NCBI GenBank assembly: GCA_049975105.1
Contig: JBNGDM010000001.1
Coordinates: forward strand, 1-44,936
Reading direction: 5' to 3'
Source of the DNA: Rhodovulum sp.
Lineage (GTDB): Bacteria > Pseudomonadota > Alphaproteobacteria > Rhodobacterales > Rhodobacteraceae
DNA: 44,936 nucleotides
Positions 13,673 through 24,247 of this stretch are shown one piece after another. Numbering within the stretch: the stretch's first letter is position 1; the number at the start of each line of letters is the position of its first letter. Below the pieces are notes generated by a model that searched no databases, was not told where the DNA came from, and saw only the letters and a list, made by a program, of their open reading frames with translations. A program made the position numbers and the translations under genes.

Positions 13673-13772
13673 GGCGAGTCTGTCGAAGGGCCCTGTCTTT
13701 GTTCCTGTCATCTACAGGCTAACCGCAGAATGTGGCAGCATTTCGACCGTCCAAGCGATCAGCATGCTGCAA

Positions 13773-15119
13773 TCAAGGACAGAAGATGTCGTTCGTCAGC
13801 GCGAAACTCATCAGCCCGATCAGCAGGGCCAGCCCGATGGCCATCAAGAACCGCATTGCCCGGTCACTGGGGGGGCGTCCTGTGATGCCCTCATAGAGAT
13901 AGAAGACCAAGTGCCCACCATCGAGCACGGGGATTGGGAACAGGTTCAACAGGCCGACCGCTGCCGACAGCATTGCTATGAACCAGACAAAACTCTCCAC
14001 ACCCTGACTCGCCGCCGCGCCCGAGCTTTCGGCGATGCCGATGGGCCCAGATAAATTGCACGAACTGATCGCCCCGGTGACCATGTGGTACAGGCCCGAT
14101 AGGCTGGATTGCAGAATGAAAAACAATTGATCGACGCCATAAGACAGGGCCTCGATCGGACCCGGCCTTCGGGTCGCGCTTTCAAAAGCCAGCCCACCGG
14201 TCATTCCGATCAGCCAACGCGTCTCGAATGTGCCATCGGGCATGGGCAGATCCATGGATTTCGGCGTGAGACTGAAATCCAGGAAGTCGCCATCACGCCA
14301 GACAGTAACGTCGACGGGCTCGCCATCAGTCTCGGCCACACGAGACTGTAATTCGCGGAAGGCGCGGATTGGGCTGCCGTCAATGGACATCACAACGTCG
14401 CCAGGCTGCATCCCGGCTTCGGACGCGGCCGACAGCGGCTGAACCGATGCGACGACCGGCGGAAACGGATAAGGTCCCGCCACGTCGCGTTCAACGCCAT
14501 CTTGGCGCACCGTGTAGGTCGGCGCGCGGTCGGTGGGAAGCGTATCCACAACCGAATAGAATGTCGCGTAATCCGGCGTCGGGGCCCCGTTCAGTGCAAG
14601 GATGGTATCCCCGGGGCGAAGTTCGTTCCGCTCCATGGTGGCGGGGGGCAGCGGGGCCAACTGGGCTATCGTTGGCGGTTCGATCGCGACCCCCCGGCCA
14701 AGGGCGAGGACCGCAAAGACGAGGATCGAGAGCGCGAAATTGAACAGCGGGCCTGCGGCAACGGTTGCGGTGCGCGCCCAAAGCGGGGCACCGTGCATAG
14801 TATGGCGCCTAGTTTCGGCGTCCATGTTCTCCACCTCGGCCGAGGCCTTGGCGCTAGCAACGTTTGCATCTCCAAGAAACCGCACATAGCCGCCTAGGGG
14901 CAGCGCAGCGATCTGCCATTGCGTGCCGTTCCGGTCGGTACGCTTGGCAAGCACAGGGCCGAAGCCCAAAGAGAACACCTCGGCCTTAATACCAGTCCAC
15001 CGGCCGACGATGTAATGGCCGTATTCGTGGACGGTGACGATGATCGACAGCGCAAGTATGAAGGCGCCGACGGTGAAGATGAGGTTCCCCGCGGAGGGAA
15101 TCAGAGAAACGAAATCCAA
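13773..15119 (-). CDS. rseP: RIP metalloprotease RseP
   Basis: HEYGH zinc motif, two PDZ-like regions, NLFPIPVLDGG. Probable TTG start at 15119. Confidence 0.95.
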   Translation of the reverse strand: MDFVSLIPSAGNLIFTVGAFILALSIIVTVHEYGHYIVGRWTGIKAEVFSLGFGPVLAKRTDRNGTQWQIAALPLGGYVRFLGDANVASAKASAEVENMDAETRRHTMHGAPLWARTATVAAGPLFNFALSILVFAVLALGRGVAIEPPTIAQLAPLPPATMERNELRPGDTILALNGAPTPDYATFYSVVDTLPTDRAPTYTVRQDGVERDVAGPYPFPPVVASVQPLSAASEAGMQPGDVVMSIDGSPIRAFRELQSRVAETDGEPVDVTVWRDGDFLDFSLTPKSMDLPMPDGTFETRWLIGMTGGLAFESATRRPGPIEALSYGVDQLFFILQSSLSGLYHMVTGAISSCNLSGPIGIAESSGAAASQGVESFVWFIAMLSAAVGLLNLFPIPVLDGGHLVFYLYEGITGRPPSDRAMRFLMAIGLALLIGLMSFALTNDIFCP

Positions 15120-15147
15120 ATTCTCAGGGCCCTGGCTTGTGACTGCT

Positions 15148-16332
15148 CTATGCTGCAAGGGCGCTGACCGACTCGGCCGCCGCCTCACGTGCCAAATGGT
15201 CCACTTCGAGCACTTTCTCAAGGCTGAGCGGGGAATTTGTCAGCGTGCTGTCCCGCGAAAGCCGCCCCAGAACGTCCTCGACCACCTCGGCCATCTGCGT
15301 AAACCCGATACGGCGTGAGAGAAATGCGTCGAGCGCGGCCTCCTTCGCCGCGTTGAAAGCCGCGCCGCTGAGGCCGCCCGTCTCCATTACCTCACGCGCG
15401 AGCCTGAGCGCCGGCCAGCGTTTTTCGCAGGCCGGGCGAAAGTTCAGCTGGCCGATTTGCGCCAGGTCCAGCCGCGCGACCGGGAGATCGCGCCGGTCGG
15501 GCCAGTTCAGCGCATACCCAATTGCGTGGCGCATGTCTGGCGGGCCGACATGTGCCATGATTGCTCCGTCGCGGAACCCGACCAGCGCGTGGATCAGGGA
15601 TTCGGGATGAACGACGGCCTCGATCCGGCCGGGATCGACCCCGAAATATTCCTTTGTTTCAATCAACTCCAAAGCCTTATTGAACATAGACGCGCTATCG
15701 ACCGTGATCCGCTGCCCCATGTCCCAATTCGGGTGGCTGGAAGCCTGTTCCGGTGTCGCATTGGCCAGCGCCTCCAGCGGCCAGTCGCGGAATGCCCCTC
15801 CCGACGCGGTAATGATGATGCGTTCCACAGAGTCGATGTCTTCGCCCACCAGCGCCTGGAAGATCGCCGAGTGTTCACTGTCCACGGGCAGGATACGAGC
15901 ACCACACGTCTTGGCCGTGGCCAACAAGAGCGGCCCGGCAGTCACCAGACTCTCCTTGTTGGCAAGCGCCAGCGTGGTGCCGTGTTTCAGCGCGCGCATC
16001 CCCGGCGGCAGGCCAGCGGCCCCGACGATGGCCGACATGATCCAGTCCGCCGGACGGTCGGCGGCCTCGGCCAGAGCCTCGCTGCCGGCAGCTGCCTCGA
16101 CGCCTGACCCGGCCAGGGCCGATTTGAGGTCGTAATAGCATTCGGGATAGGCGGTCACGGCCATGTCGGCCTGCAACGCGCGGGCCTGTTCGGCGAGGCG
16201 CCCCACGTTGCGCCCGCCGGTCAGCGCGACCACGTCGTATTCTTCTGGCCCGCCCTGCCGATCCAAAAGGTCGACCGTGTTCTCGCCAATCGATCCAGTT
16301 GCCCCGAAAATCGTTATCCGCCGTCTTGTCAT
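15148..16332 (-). CDS. dxr: 1-deoxy-D-xylulose-5-phosphate reductoisomerase
   Basis: GATGSIG, LANKESLV, PVDSEHSAIFQ and HPNWDMG motifs. Confidence 0.97.
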   Translation of the reverse strand: MTRRRITIFGATGSIGENTVDLLDRQGGPEEYDVVALTGGRNVGRLAEQARALQADMAVTAYPECYYDLKSALAGSGVEAAAGSEALAEAADRPADWIMSAIVGAAGLPPGMRALKHGTTLALANKESLVTAGPLLLATAKTCGARILPVDSEHSAIFQALVGEDIDSVERIIITASGGAFRDWPLEALANATPEQASSHPNWDMGQRITVDSASMFNKALELIETKEYFGVDPGRIEAVVHPESLIHALVGFRDGAIMAHVGPPDMRHAIGYALNWPDRRDLPVARLDLAQIGQLNFRPACEKRWPALRLAREVMETGGLSGAAFNAAKEAALDAFLSRRIGFTQMAEVVEDVLGRLSRDSTLTNSPLSLEKVLEVDHLAREAAAESVSALAA

Positions 16333-16339
16333 GCGCTTC

Positions 16340-17131
16340 TCAGAACCTCACTTCGGGAACATAGACGACTTGGGCCACCAGAAGCATAAGCAACGCCGCA
16401 CCCAGGAGACCGTCGAACCTGTCGAACAGACCACCATGGCCGGGCAAGAGCGAAGAGCTGTCCTTTACCCCGGTGCGGCGTTTGATCGCGCTTTCTGCAA
16501 TGTCGCCCAACTGGCTTGCAAGCGAGAGCGCCACCGATATCCAGGGCAGGTCCCGACCGGCATTGGTGAAGGTCAGGAACACCACCCCGATCAGTGCAGC
16601 CGAAACCCAGCCTGTTACAGTGCCCGACCAGGTCTTTTTCGGACTGATGCGGGGCCAGAACTTCGGCCCGCCGATAAAGCGCCCCGCGAAATACCCGGCG
16701 ACGTCAGTGACGATCACCACCAGCACCAACCAGACCAACCAGACCATGCCGTATTCCGCACGAAAACTGGCAAGGCCATAGCCCGCGATCAGGATAGCCG
16801 ACGCGTAGACGACGTAAAGCAGCCTGTCCTTCGTGATCCGCCCGGCACCTACCAGTGCTGGTGCGATCAAGAGCGGCAACGCATAGATTTCCGGCAGCGC
16901 CCAGGCCGCCAGAACCGCCCCCCCGGACAGCAGGCCAAGTGCCACCGGAAAATGGCCGGTTTCCGGAGCCATCATCCGCCCCAGTTCCCAGATCATTATG
17001 CCCGAGACGATTGCGGCAAGGGTTGTGAACCAGATGCCGCCCATCGCGATCAGGACGATGCCGACCACCGCCATCGCGGCCCCCGAGGCCAGCCTCGCCG
17101 ACAAATCCTCCCAAGTTCCCCGAACCGCCAT
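16340..17131 (-). CDS. cdsA: Phosphatidate cytidylyltransferase
   Basis: Polytopic membrane protein with SPKKTWSG and KDSSSLLPGHGGLFDRFD. Start at ATG 17131 overlapping the uppS stop. Confidence 0.95.
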   Translation of the reverse strand: MAVRGTWEDLSARLASGAAMAVVGIVLIAMGGIWFTTLAAIVSGIMIWELGRMMAPETGHFPVALGLLSGGAVLAAWALPEIYALPLLIAPALVGAGRITKDRLLYVVYASAILIAGYGLASFRAEYGMVWLVWLVLVVIVTDVAGYFAGRFIGGPKFWPRISPKKTWSGTVTGWVSAALIGVVFLTFTNAGRDLPWISVALSLASQLGDIAESAIKRRTGVKDSSSLLPGHGGLFDRFDGLLGAALLMLLVAQVVYVPEVRF

Positions 17132-17856
17132 CAGGCCTTGACCGCTCCGAACCGGCGTTCGCGAGTGCCGAAGTTCGACATGATCTCGGCGAAATGCGCG
17201 CGCGTGAAATCGGGCCAGAGCACCGGCGTGAACTCGTATTCGGCATAGGCCGATTGCCACAGCAGGAAGTTCGAGATGCGCGCCTCGCCCGAGGTACGGA
17301 TCACCAGATCCGGATCGGGCAAAAGGCAGGTATCTAGAAAATGCGCCAGTGTCTCGGCGTCCACGTCTTCAGGATCGAGCCGTCCCGCGGCCACCTCGCG
17401 CGCAAGCCGCTTGGTCGCACGCGCCACCTCGTCCCGGCCACCGTAGTTGATGGCAATGGTTAGATGGACAACATCGTTGCCCTCGGTGAGTTCCTCGAGC
17501 CCCCGCATCATTCGCACCAGCTTGGGATCGAGCCGGTCGCGATCACCGATGAAGCGCACCCGCACACCTTCGTTCAGAAGCGCCTGCGCCTCTTTTTGGA
17601 TGTAACGTCGAAACAGGGTCATCAGGCCTGTCACCTCGGCCTGGGTGCGTTTCCAGTTCTCGGTCGAGAAAGCGAAGATCGTCAGATATCGAATGCCGAG
17701 GTCGGGGCAAGCCTCGACGATCTCACGCACACGGCGCGCTCCGGCCTGGTGACCGAAGAGACGCGGCCGTCCGCGCATCTGCGCCCAGCGGCCGTTGCCG
17801 TCCATGATCACCGCCACATGGGCCGGGCCGGTCCCGTTGTTGTCCTTCGCGGCCAC
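17131..17856 (-). CDS. uppS: Undecaprenyl diphosphate synthase
   Basis: IMDGNGRWA, FSTENWKR and RTSGEARISNFLLWQ motifs. Start is GTG 17856 or GTG 17877. Confidence 0.95.
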   Translation of the reverse strand: MAAKDNNGTGPAHVAVIMDGNGRWAQMRGRPRLFGHQAGARRVREIVEACPDLGIRYLTIFAFSTENWKRTQAEVTGLMTLFRRYIQKEAQALLNEGVRVRFIGDRDRLDPKLVRMMRGLEELTEGNDVVHLTIAINYGGRDEVARATKRLAREVAAGRLDPEDVDAETLAHFLDTCLLPDPDLVIRTSGEARISNFLLWQSAYAEYEFTPVLWPDFTRAHFAEIMSNFGTRERRFGAVKA

Positions 17857-17882
17857 GCCGCCCCCTTTCCGACCCACAGGGA

Positions 17883-18449
17883 TCAGACCTGCATGATCTC
17901 GTGCTGCTTGTTCTCCAGCGCCTTATCGATCTCGGCGATGTGCTTGTCGGTAAGCTCCTGGATTTCGTCATGCCAGATTTTCTGATCGTCTTCGCCCATG
18001 CCCGCCCCTTTGGCTTTTTTCAACTGTTCCATCCCGTCTCGACGGACGTTGCGTACGGCCACACGGGCCTGTTCGGCATATTGCGCGGCAACCTTTGTCA
18101 ATTCCTTACGCCGTTCCTCGTTCAACTCGGGGATCGGCAGCATGATGATCGTACCGTTGGTCTGGGGGTTTATTCCGAGGCCGGATTCCATGATCGCCTT
18201 TTCGACCTTGTTGACCAGCGATTTGTCCCAGACATTGATCGTGACCATGCGAGGTTCGGGCACGTTGACTGTGCCGACCTGGTTTATCGGTGTAGATGCG
18301 CCATAGGCATCCACCATGACGGGGTCGAGCATGCTGGCCGATGCCCGCCCGGTCCTGAGCGAGGCAAACTCATGCCGCAGGGCAGTCATGGCGCCGTCCA
18401 TGCGGCGTTGCAGATCGTCGAGGTCGATTTCAAGATCGTCGTCGGCCAT
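17883..18449 (-). CDS. frr: Ribosome recycling factor
   Basis: [17 protein letters not shown] and VRNVRRD motifs. Confidence 0.97.
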   Translation of the reverse strand: MADDDLEIDLDDLQRRMDGAMTALRHEFASLRTGRASASMLDPVMVDAYGASTPINQVGTVNVPEPRMVTINVWDKSLVNKVEKAIMESGLGINPQTNGTIIMLPIPELNEERRKELTKVAAQYAEQARVAVRNVRRDGMEQLKKAKGAGMGEDDQKIWHDEIQELTDKHIAEIDKALENKQHEIMQV

Positions 18450-18504
18450 GTGTCTGAACTCTTGCTGGTCGGGATGGTTGTCGCGTTTCGCGCATGCTAT
18501 AGCG

Positions 18505-19242
18505 CTATCCGTGTACTATTGTATAGGTGCCTTGCCCCGATAGAATTCCCCGCAAGCCGCCCGGTTCGTCGAGGCTGAACACGATAATCGGCAGATTATT
18601 GTCACGCGCCAACGCAATCGCCGAGGCATCCATGACCTTTAGATTCTTCACCAATACATCGTCATAGGTGATGTCGGAATACCGCTGGGCGTCGGTGGTC
18701 GTCATGGGGTCCTTGTCATAGACCCCGTCCACCTTGGTGCCCTTGAAGATCGCCTCGCAGGCCATCTCGTTCGCGCGCAAAGTCGCAGCGGTGTCCGTGG
18801 TGAAGTAGGGGTTGCCGGTTCCAGCGGCGAAAATGATCACGCGCTTTTTCTCGAGGTGCCGCACGGCGCGGCGGCGGATGTACGGCTCTGCCACCTCGTC
18901 CATCCGGATCGCGCTGATCACACGGGTGAATACTCCCATACCTTCCAGCGCGGATTGCATAGCCAGCGCGTTCATCACGGTGGCCAGCATCCCCATATAA
19001 TCGGCGGTTGTCCGCTCCATTCCCTGCGCGGAACCCGCCAGCCCGCGGAAAATGTTGCCGCCGCCGATCACCATGCAGATCTCGACGCCCAGTTCGCGGA
19101 CCGCTTTGACCTCGCGCGCAATGCGCTCGACCGTGGGCGGATGCAGGCCGTAGCCCTGATCCCCCATGAGCGCTTCACCCGAAATTTTGAGGAGAACACG
19201 CTTGTAGGTGGGCTTCGGTTGATTGGCGCCGCCGTCGTCCAT
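18505..19242 (-). CDS. pyrH: UMP kinase
   Basis: [23 protein letters not shown] and GNPYFTTD motifs. Start at ATG 19242. Confidence 0.97.
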   Translation of the reverse strand: MDDGGANQPKPTYKRVLLKISGEALMGDQGYGLHPPTVERIAREVKAVRELGVEICMVIGGGNIFRGLAGSAQGMERTTADYMGMLATVMNALAMQSALEGMGVFTRVISAIRMDEVAEPYIRRRAVRHLEKKRVIIFAAGTGNPYFTTDTAATLRANEMACEAIFKGTKVDGVYDKDPMTTTDAQRYSDITYDDVLVKNLKVMDASAIALARDNNLPIIVFSLDEPGGLRGILSGQGTYTIVHG

Positions 19243-19330
19243 ACGCTCTGCCCTTGCTTGGTTTTCTTGCATCGCTGGCAAAATGTCGGAAAAGCCCCAA
19301 AGGTTCAACGGCGAACGAGGCAATGCACGC

Positions 19331-20203
19331 ATGCAACCATCCGATCTCGACCCTGCCCGCCCGGTTCTGATCGCCGGTCCGACGGCCAGTGGCAAATCCG
19401 CGCTGGCGCTAGCCATCGCCGAGGCTCAGGGCGGAGTCGTCGTGAACGCGGATGCCCTTCAGGTGTTCGCGGGTTGGCGGGTATTGACCGCGCGGCCGGC
19501 GGCTCAGGACGAGGCGCGTGTGCCGCACACGCTTTATGGGCATGTTGCATGGGATGCGGCCTATTCCGTGGGTCATTGGCTGCGCGACTTGACCCCCATT
19601 CTGGAGGGGCCCGACCGGCCGATCATCGTAGGCGGGACGGGGCTTTACTTCACCGCACTGACCGAAGGTCTGGCAGATATCCCACCAACGCCCTCGGCAA
19701 TCCGGGCAGAGGCCGATGCGCGCATAGCATCCGGCGATGTCGCCGGCCTGCTGGCTGAACTGGACGCGCAAACCGCGGCGCGGATCGACATACGTAATCC
19801 TGCACGCGTCCAGCGTGCCTGGGAGGTTCTTCAAGCAACGGGTCGAGGCCTTGCCAGCTGGCAGGACGACACGCCCCCGCCCCTGTTGCCACTGTCCGCC
19901 GTTCAGCCCCTTGTCATCGACGCGAAGCGCGAGTGGTTGAACGCGCGCATCGACGCGCGCTTCACCCGAATGGTCGCGAACGGCGCGCTCGAGGAAGTAC
20001 GCCGCAACCTGCCCCGCTGGGACCCCAAGCTTCTTTCGGCACGCGCCATAGGCGCGCCGGAATTGGTGGCCCATCTCCGGGGGGAAATGTCGAGGGAAGA
20101 GGCGATCGCCGCGGCGCAACTCGCGTCAAAGCGATATGCGAAACGGCAGCGAAGCTGGTTTCGCAGCCGGTTCCGCGCGTGGCAGTGGATACCGGCAGAT
20201 TGA
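19331..20203 (+). CDS. miaA: tRNA dimethylallyltransferase
   Basis: [15 protein letters not shown] and YAKRQRSWF motifs. Start at ATG 19331 (alternative 19283). Confidence 0.95.
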   Translation: MQPSDLDPARPVLIAGPTASGKSALALAIAEAQGGVVVNADALQVFAGWRVLTARPAAQDEARVPHTLYGHVAWDAAYSVGHWLRDLTPILEGPDRPIIVGGTGLYFTALTEGLADIPPTPSAIRAEADARIASGDVAGLLAELDAQTAARIDIRNPARVQRAWEVLQATGRGLASWQDDTPPPLLPLSAVQPLVIDAKREWLNARIDARFTRMVANGALEEVRRNLPRWDPKLLSARAIGAPELVAHLRGEMSREEAIAAAQLASKRYAKRQRSWFRSRFRAWQWIPAD

Positions 20204-20356
20204 CGGCCCGCATAGATCGCAAAAGCGACAGACCAGCACGATTTCAACCAAGTCGGGTTTACCGATGCTGCCGAATCATTGAATCCTTGCTCTGTTCGAA
20301 CCTCGACTATTTGCTGAACGCGCTCGCTGTGCGTTTCAAAATGGGATATCGCCGCC

Positions 20357-21145
20357 ATGACGCTGTTTCCCGAAATCCGTGTCGTCCCGTTCTCGCGACT
20401 GACGCAGGGCAGCCGCTGGCGCGCCGAGGCGATGCGCAGCTACTCTGCCCCCCAACTTCTATGGATTACCAAGGGTCAGGGGCGGATCACAGTCGCAGGC
20501 GTCACCCGAGGCTACGGCGCACATAACGCGATCTATATTCCACCCCACACGATGCATGGCTTCGAGATGACGGGTCAGGTCTATGGTTCAGCGGTGATGT
20601 TTTCGGGCATTCCCGATCTCGACCTGCCGGATACGCCGCACCACCTGCGAGTTCGCGATGGCCAGGTCCAGATCGAGATCGCGACCCTGCTCGACAGTCT
20701 TGAGCGCGAATTGTCCGGCCGCCGGACGGGCTCAAGCCGCGCAATACGGCATTACGCAGGGCTGATCTCGGTTTGGTTGGAGCGCCAGATCCTTATGGCC
20801 GAGGACATTGCGACAGCACCGGATTCGGCGCGCCGGCTGGCGGCCGGCTTCGCCGCTCTGGTCGAAAAGGAATTCCGCAGCCCGAAATCGGTCTCGGACT
20901 ATGCGAGCGAACTCGGTGTCACGTCGACCCATCTGACGCGCATCTGCAACCAGACCTGCGGACGGACCGCGTCCGACCTGCTGGCAGAACGCAAGATCAG
21001 CGAGGCCCGCCGTCTGCTAGCTGACACACGAGCCCCGATCAAAGAGATCGCGCAGGCGCTTGGCTATGCATCGCCGGCCTATTTCACACGCGCCTTCCAA
21101 TCCCGCACCGGCGCCACGCCCAAGGAATTTCGTAAGGCCGACTAG
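20357..21145 (+). CDS. AraC family transcriptional regulator
   Basis: N-terminal cupin-like domain and C-terminal double HTH (IKEIAQALGYASPAYFTRAF..TG.TP.EFR). Confidence 0.92.
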   Translation: MTLFPEIRVVPFSRLTQGSRWRAEAMRSYSAPQLLWITKGQGRITVAGVTRGYGAHNAIYIPPHTMHGFEMTGQVYGSAVMFSGIPDLDLPDTPHHLRVRDGQVQIEIATLLDSLERELSGRRTGSSRAIRHYAGLISVWLERQILMAEDIATAPDSARRLAAGFAALVEKEFRSPKSVSDYASELGVTSTHLTRICNQTCGRTASDLLAERKISEARRLLADTRAPIKEIAQALGYASPAYFTRAFQSRTGATPKEFRKAD

Positions 21146-21206
21146 GCGAGTGCGCCGCGCGACAAACGCGGCTTAACCCGGCAGCTTTCGGTTGCACGAC
21201 CAGCCA

Positions 21207-21245
21207 ATGTCGTTTTTTCTATAAAAGGATGTCGCTTTCCGACAT
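21207..21245. promoter_or_regulatory. Direct/inverted repeat, candidate operator for the ABC operon
   Basis: ATGTCGtTTT (21207) and ATGTCGcTTT (21229), 22 bp apart, plus inverted CGACAT at 21240-21245. Confidence 0.35.
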
Positions 21246-21312
21246 GGAAGCGGCGCGCGACGATCGGCACGAACGGACCATAGCGTGTCGAGCCTTCGAG
21301 CGGAGGTAAGGC

Positions 21313-21405
21313 ATGACCAATATGCGCAAGAACGCTACCGCCGAAGTAACGGCACAGGCCTTGCCTGCCGCCGGACCGAGACCAATCCAGGGAGACGCCA
21401 CATGA
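21313..21405 (+). CDS. Putative leader peptide/uORF, 30 aa ([30 protein letters not shown])
   Basis: SD GGAGGT at 21302-21307; its TGA overlaps the binding-protein ATG (ATGA). Confidence 0.4.
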   Translation: MTNMRKNATAEVTAQALPAAGPRPIQGDAT

Positions 21406-23051
21406 CGAGACCTTACAGCACCTCTGAGCGGTCCCATCCAGCCGCAGAAATGTATGCGCGCGAGTGCCGTGAGGGCCTAATGAGCCGCCGCGAATTCCTG
21501 TCCCGTGCAACCGCGCTGGGCGTCGGCGCCACGGTCGCCTACGGCATGATCGGCCTGCCTGCGCCCGCCCGCGCACAGACGGCACCGCGAATTGGCGGCA
21601 CGCTGCGTGTCCAGATGAACTGCCGCGAACTGAAGGATCCGCGCACCTACGATTGGTCAGAGATCGCGAACGAGACCCGCGGCATTATCGAGTATCTCGT
21701 CGAGGTGCAGCGCGACGGCTCGCTGCGACCGATGCTGCTGGAAAGCTGGTCGGCGAACGACGACGCCACCGAATACACGCTGAATGTGCGCCAGGGCGTG
21801 AAGTGGAACAACGGAGACGATTTCACCGCCGAGGACGTGGCTGCCAACATCATTGGCTGGTGCGACGAATCCGTTGAGGGCAACTCGATGGCGTCGCGTA
21901 TGGCCTCGCTTATGAAGGACGGTAAGGCCGCCGAAGGAGCGGTCGAGGTGGTCGACAGCCATACCGTCAAGGTCAAGCCTCTGTCGCCCGACGGCACGCT
22001 GATGTTCGGCATGGCAGACTACCCGGCTGCGATCATGCACCGGGACAAGATCGGCACCTCGGTGCTGGACCATGGCATCGGCACCGGCGCGTACATGTTC
22101 GATGAGTTCAAGGTCGGCGAGAAAGTAGTGCTGGTGAAGAACCCCGATCATACCTATTGGGGCGAGTCCTTCCTCGACCGGGTCGAGTTTCTCGATTACG
22201 GCACCGACCCTTCGGCCTGGCTGGCCGGCGCGGATGCCGACGAGTTCGACATGACTTATGAAACAGTGTCGGATTTCATCGACATCTTTACCTCGCTGGG
22301 CTGGGTCGAAAGCGAGGTCGGCACCTCCTCGACCGTGGTGATCCGCCCCAACCAGGAGGCCGAGGTCAACGGCATGAAGCCCTATGCCGACGTCCGCGTG
22401 CGCCGGGCGCTGGCACTGGCCGTTGACAATTCCATTCCGCTTGAGCTCGGCATCTCGGGTCGAGGGCAAGTCTCGCGCAACAACTTCCATGTCGCGCCGG
22501 GCGTGCATCCCGACTACGCGGAGATCGCCGCGCACGAGAAAAACATCGAGGAGGCCCGCCGGCTGATGGAAGAGGCCGGGATGTTGGACTACGAGCACGA
22601 ACTCGTGTCAATCGACGACGATTACCGCAAGAACACCACAGACGCTGTCGCCGCACAACTGCGCGACGCGGGTTTCAAGATCAAGCGCACGGTGATGCCG
22701 GGCTCCACCTTCTGGAATGACTGGACCAAATATCCGTTCTCGTCCACCAACTGGAACCACCGCGAGACCGGCGTGCAGTTGCTGAACCTCGCCTATCGCT
22801 CGACCGCGGCCTGGAACGAGACAGGCTACCGTTCCGAGGCATTCGACACGCTCTTGAACGAAGCGACTGCCATTGCGGATAGCGACTCGCGCAAGGCGAC
22901 GATGGCCAAGCTGGAACAGATGATGGTCGATGACGGGGTGGCGATCATTCCCTATTTCCGCTCGCTCTACCGCCACTACAAAGAGGGCGTGGTGAACGCG
23001 GAAATGCACCCGAAATACGAGATCAACATACACCATCTGGGCTGGGCTTGA
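21402..23051 (+). CDS. ABC transporter substrate-binding protein, family 5 (Opp/Dpp-like), Tat signal
   Basis: SRREFL twin-arginine motif with ARA cleavage site; family-5 signature ([25 protein letters not shown]). SD GGGAG before ATG 21402. Confidence 0.92.
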   Translation: MTRPYSTSERSHPAAEMYARECREGLMSRREFLSRATALGVGATVAYGMIGLPAPARAQTAPRIGGTLRVQMNCRELKDPRTYDWSEIANETRGIIEYLVEVQRDGSLRPMLLESWSANDDATEYTLNVRQGVKWNNGDDFTAEDVAANIIGWCDESVEGNSMASRMASLMKDGKAAEGAVEVVDSHTVKVKPLSPDGTLMFGMADYPAAIMHRDKIGTSVLDHGIGTGAYMFDEFKVGEKVVLVKNPDHTYWGESFLDRVEFLDYGTDPSAWLAGADADEFDMTYETVSDFIDIFTSLGWVESEVGTSSTVVIRPNQEAEVNGMKPYADVRVRRALALAVDNSIPLELGISGRGQVSRNNFHVAPGVHPDYAEIAAHEKNIEEARRLMEEAGMLDYEHELVSIDDDYRKNTTDAVAAQLRDAGFKIKRTVMPGSTFWNDWTKYPFSSTNWNHRETGVQLLNLAYRSTAAWNETGYRSEAFDTLLNEATAIADSDSRKATMAKLEQMMVDDGVAIIPYFRSLYRHYKEGVVNAEMHPKYEINIHHLGWA

Positions 23052-23070
23052 CTGGCAAAGGGTGACGTCA

Positions 23071-23096
23071 CCGGGGGCGGTCCCGCCCGTCCCCGG
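23071..23096 (+). other. GC-rich intercistronic hairpin after the binding-protein gene
   Basis: CCGGGG-GCGG-tc-CCGC-ccgt-CCCCGG; such hairpins commonly stabilise the binding-protein cistron in ABC operons. No U-tract. Confidence 0.4.
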
Positions 23097-23179
23097 ACCT
23101 GCGGCCCGCTCGGCGGACACAGTTCACGACCTCCCGCCAGCGCCGAGGCCGGCGCCGCGGGAAGACGACAGGGGGGCAG

Positions 23180-24238
23180 ATGGCACTATTCATTCTCAGG
23201 CGCTTGGGCGTCATGGCACTGACAGCGCTGTGTATGACCCTGGTCGTATTCCTGCTGACGAACCTTCAGCCGAACCTTGAAAAGCTGGCCAAGACCCAAG
23301 CGGGCTCGCGCATCACCGATGCCGAGGTCCAGAGTTGGCTGGACCGCAACGGCTATGGTGAGCCGATCCTGTCTCGCTACGGGCAATGGCTGGGCGTCTT
23401 GCCAGGCTCTGTCGCGACCGGTGCCGAGGGCCGGCCGGCCGGCGGGCGCTGCCTGCGCGGGGCAAGTGGTGTGGAGAGCCTTGCCGAAGTGCCCCGTTTT
23501 TGCGGCGTGCTGCAGGGCGACTGGGGCTATTCCACCAAATACCGCGTGCCGGTGGCCGAGGTGATCGGCGAACGCCTGCTGCGTACCGGTCTCCTGATGT
23601 TCTGGGCCTTCGCCGTGATGGTGCCGATGGCCCTGATCATCGGGGTGCTGGCCGGCATGCGCGAGGGCTCAGCCACCGACCGGACGCTTTCCACTTTTTC
23701 CATCGCCTCCACCTCGACACCGGAATACGTTTCAGGCGTTATCTTCGTTGTGGTGTTCGCCTCTTCCATGGTCGGCCTCAAGTGGTTCAACGGCTCGGCC
23801 AAGTCTGCCGTTGATGGCGTTACCTTCGAGAATTTCACTTTGCCGGTGGCGACCATCGCGCTCTACGGCATGGGTTACATTGCGCGGATGACGCGGGCCT
23901 CGATGGCCGAAGTGATGACCGCGCAATACATCCGGACGGCACGGCTCAAGGGCGTCAAGTTCCGCGACATCGTGCTGAAACACGCGCTGCGCAACGCGCT
24001 GATCGCGCCGTTCACCGTGATCATGCTGCAATTCCCGTGGCTCTTGACCGGGGTCGTTATCGTCGAGGCGCTGTTCGTCTACCCGGGTTTCGGCAATGCG
24101 TTGGTGGAGGGGGCCCAGAACAACGATATCGACCTGCTTCTGGCGGTCTCGGTGGTGGCTGTGGTCGTCGTGCTGGTAACCCAGCTGATATCCGACATTG
24201 GCTATGCCGTTCTCAACCCGCGCATCCGCGTTTCATAG
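23180..24238 (+). CDS. ABC transporter permease (DppB/OppB-like)
   Basis: GDWGYS, EAA loop (YIRTARLKG), VIVEALF.YPG.G and C-terminal NPRIR. Confidence 0.92.
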   Translation: MALFILRRLGVMALTALCMTLVVFLLTNLQPNLEKLAKTQAGSRITDAEVQSWLDRNGYGEPILSRYGQWLGVLPGSVATGAEGRPAGGRCLRGASGVESLAEVPRFCGVLQGDWGYSTKYRVPVAEVIGERLLRTGLLMFWAFAVMVPMALIIGVLAGMREGSATDRTLSTFSIASTSTPEYVSGVIFVVVFASSMVGLKWFNGSAKSAVDGVTFENFTLPVATIALYGMGYIARMTRASMAEVMTAQYIRTARLKGVKFRDIVLKHALRNALIAPFTVIMLQFPWLLTGVVIVEALFVYPGFGNALVEGAQNNDIDLLLAVSVVAVVVVLVTQLISDIGYAVLNPRIRVS

Positions 24239-24247
24239 GGGGAGCCG

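Noticed and set aside
16163-17248. 361-aa plus-strand ORF antisense to cdsA/dxr
   Set aside because: Shadow ORF without motifs.
21173-21178. Isolated TTAACC CtrA half-site after the AraC gene
   Set aside because: A single hexamer with no partner at N7 spacing; expected by chance.
23061-23072. Perfect 12-bp palindrome GGTGACGTCACC
   Set aside because: Single intercistronic occurrence with no promoter context; similar cores occur inside coding regions.
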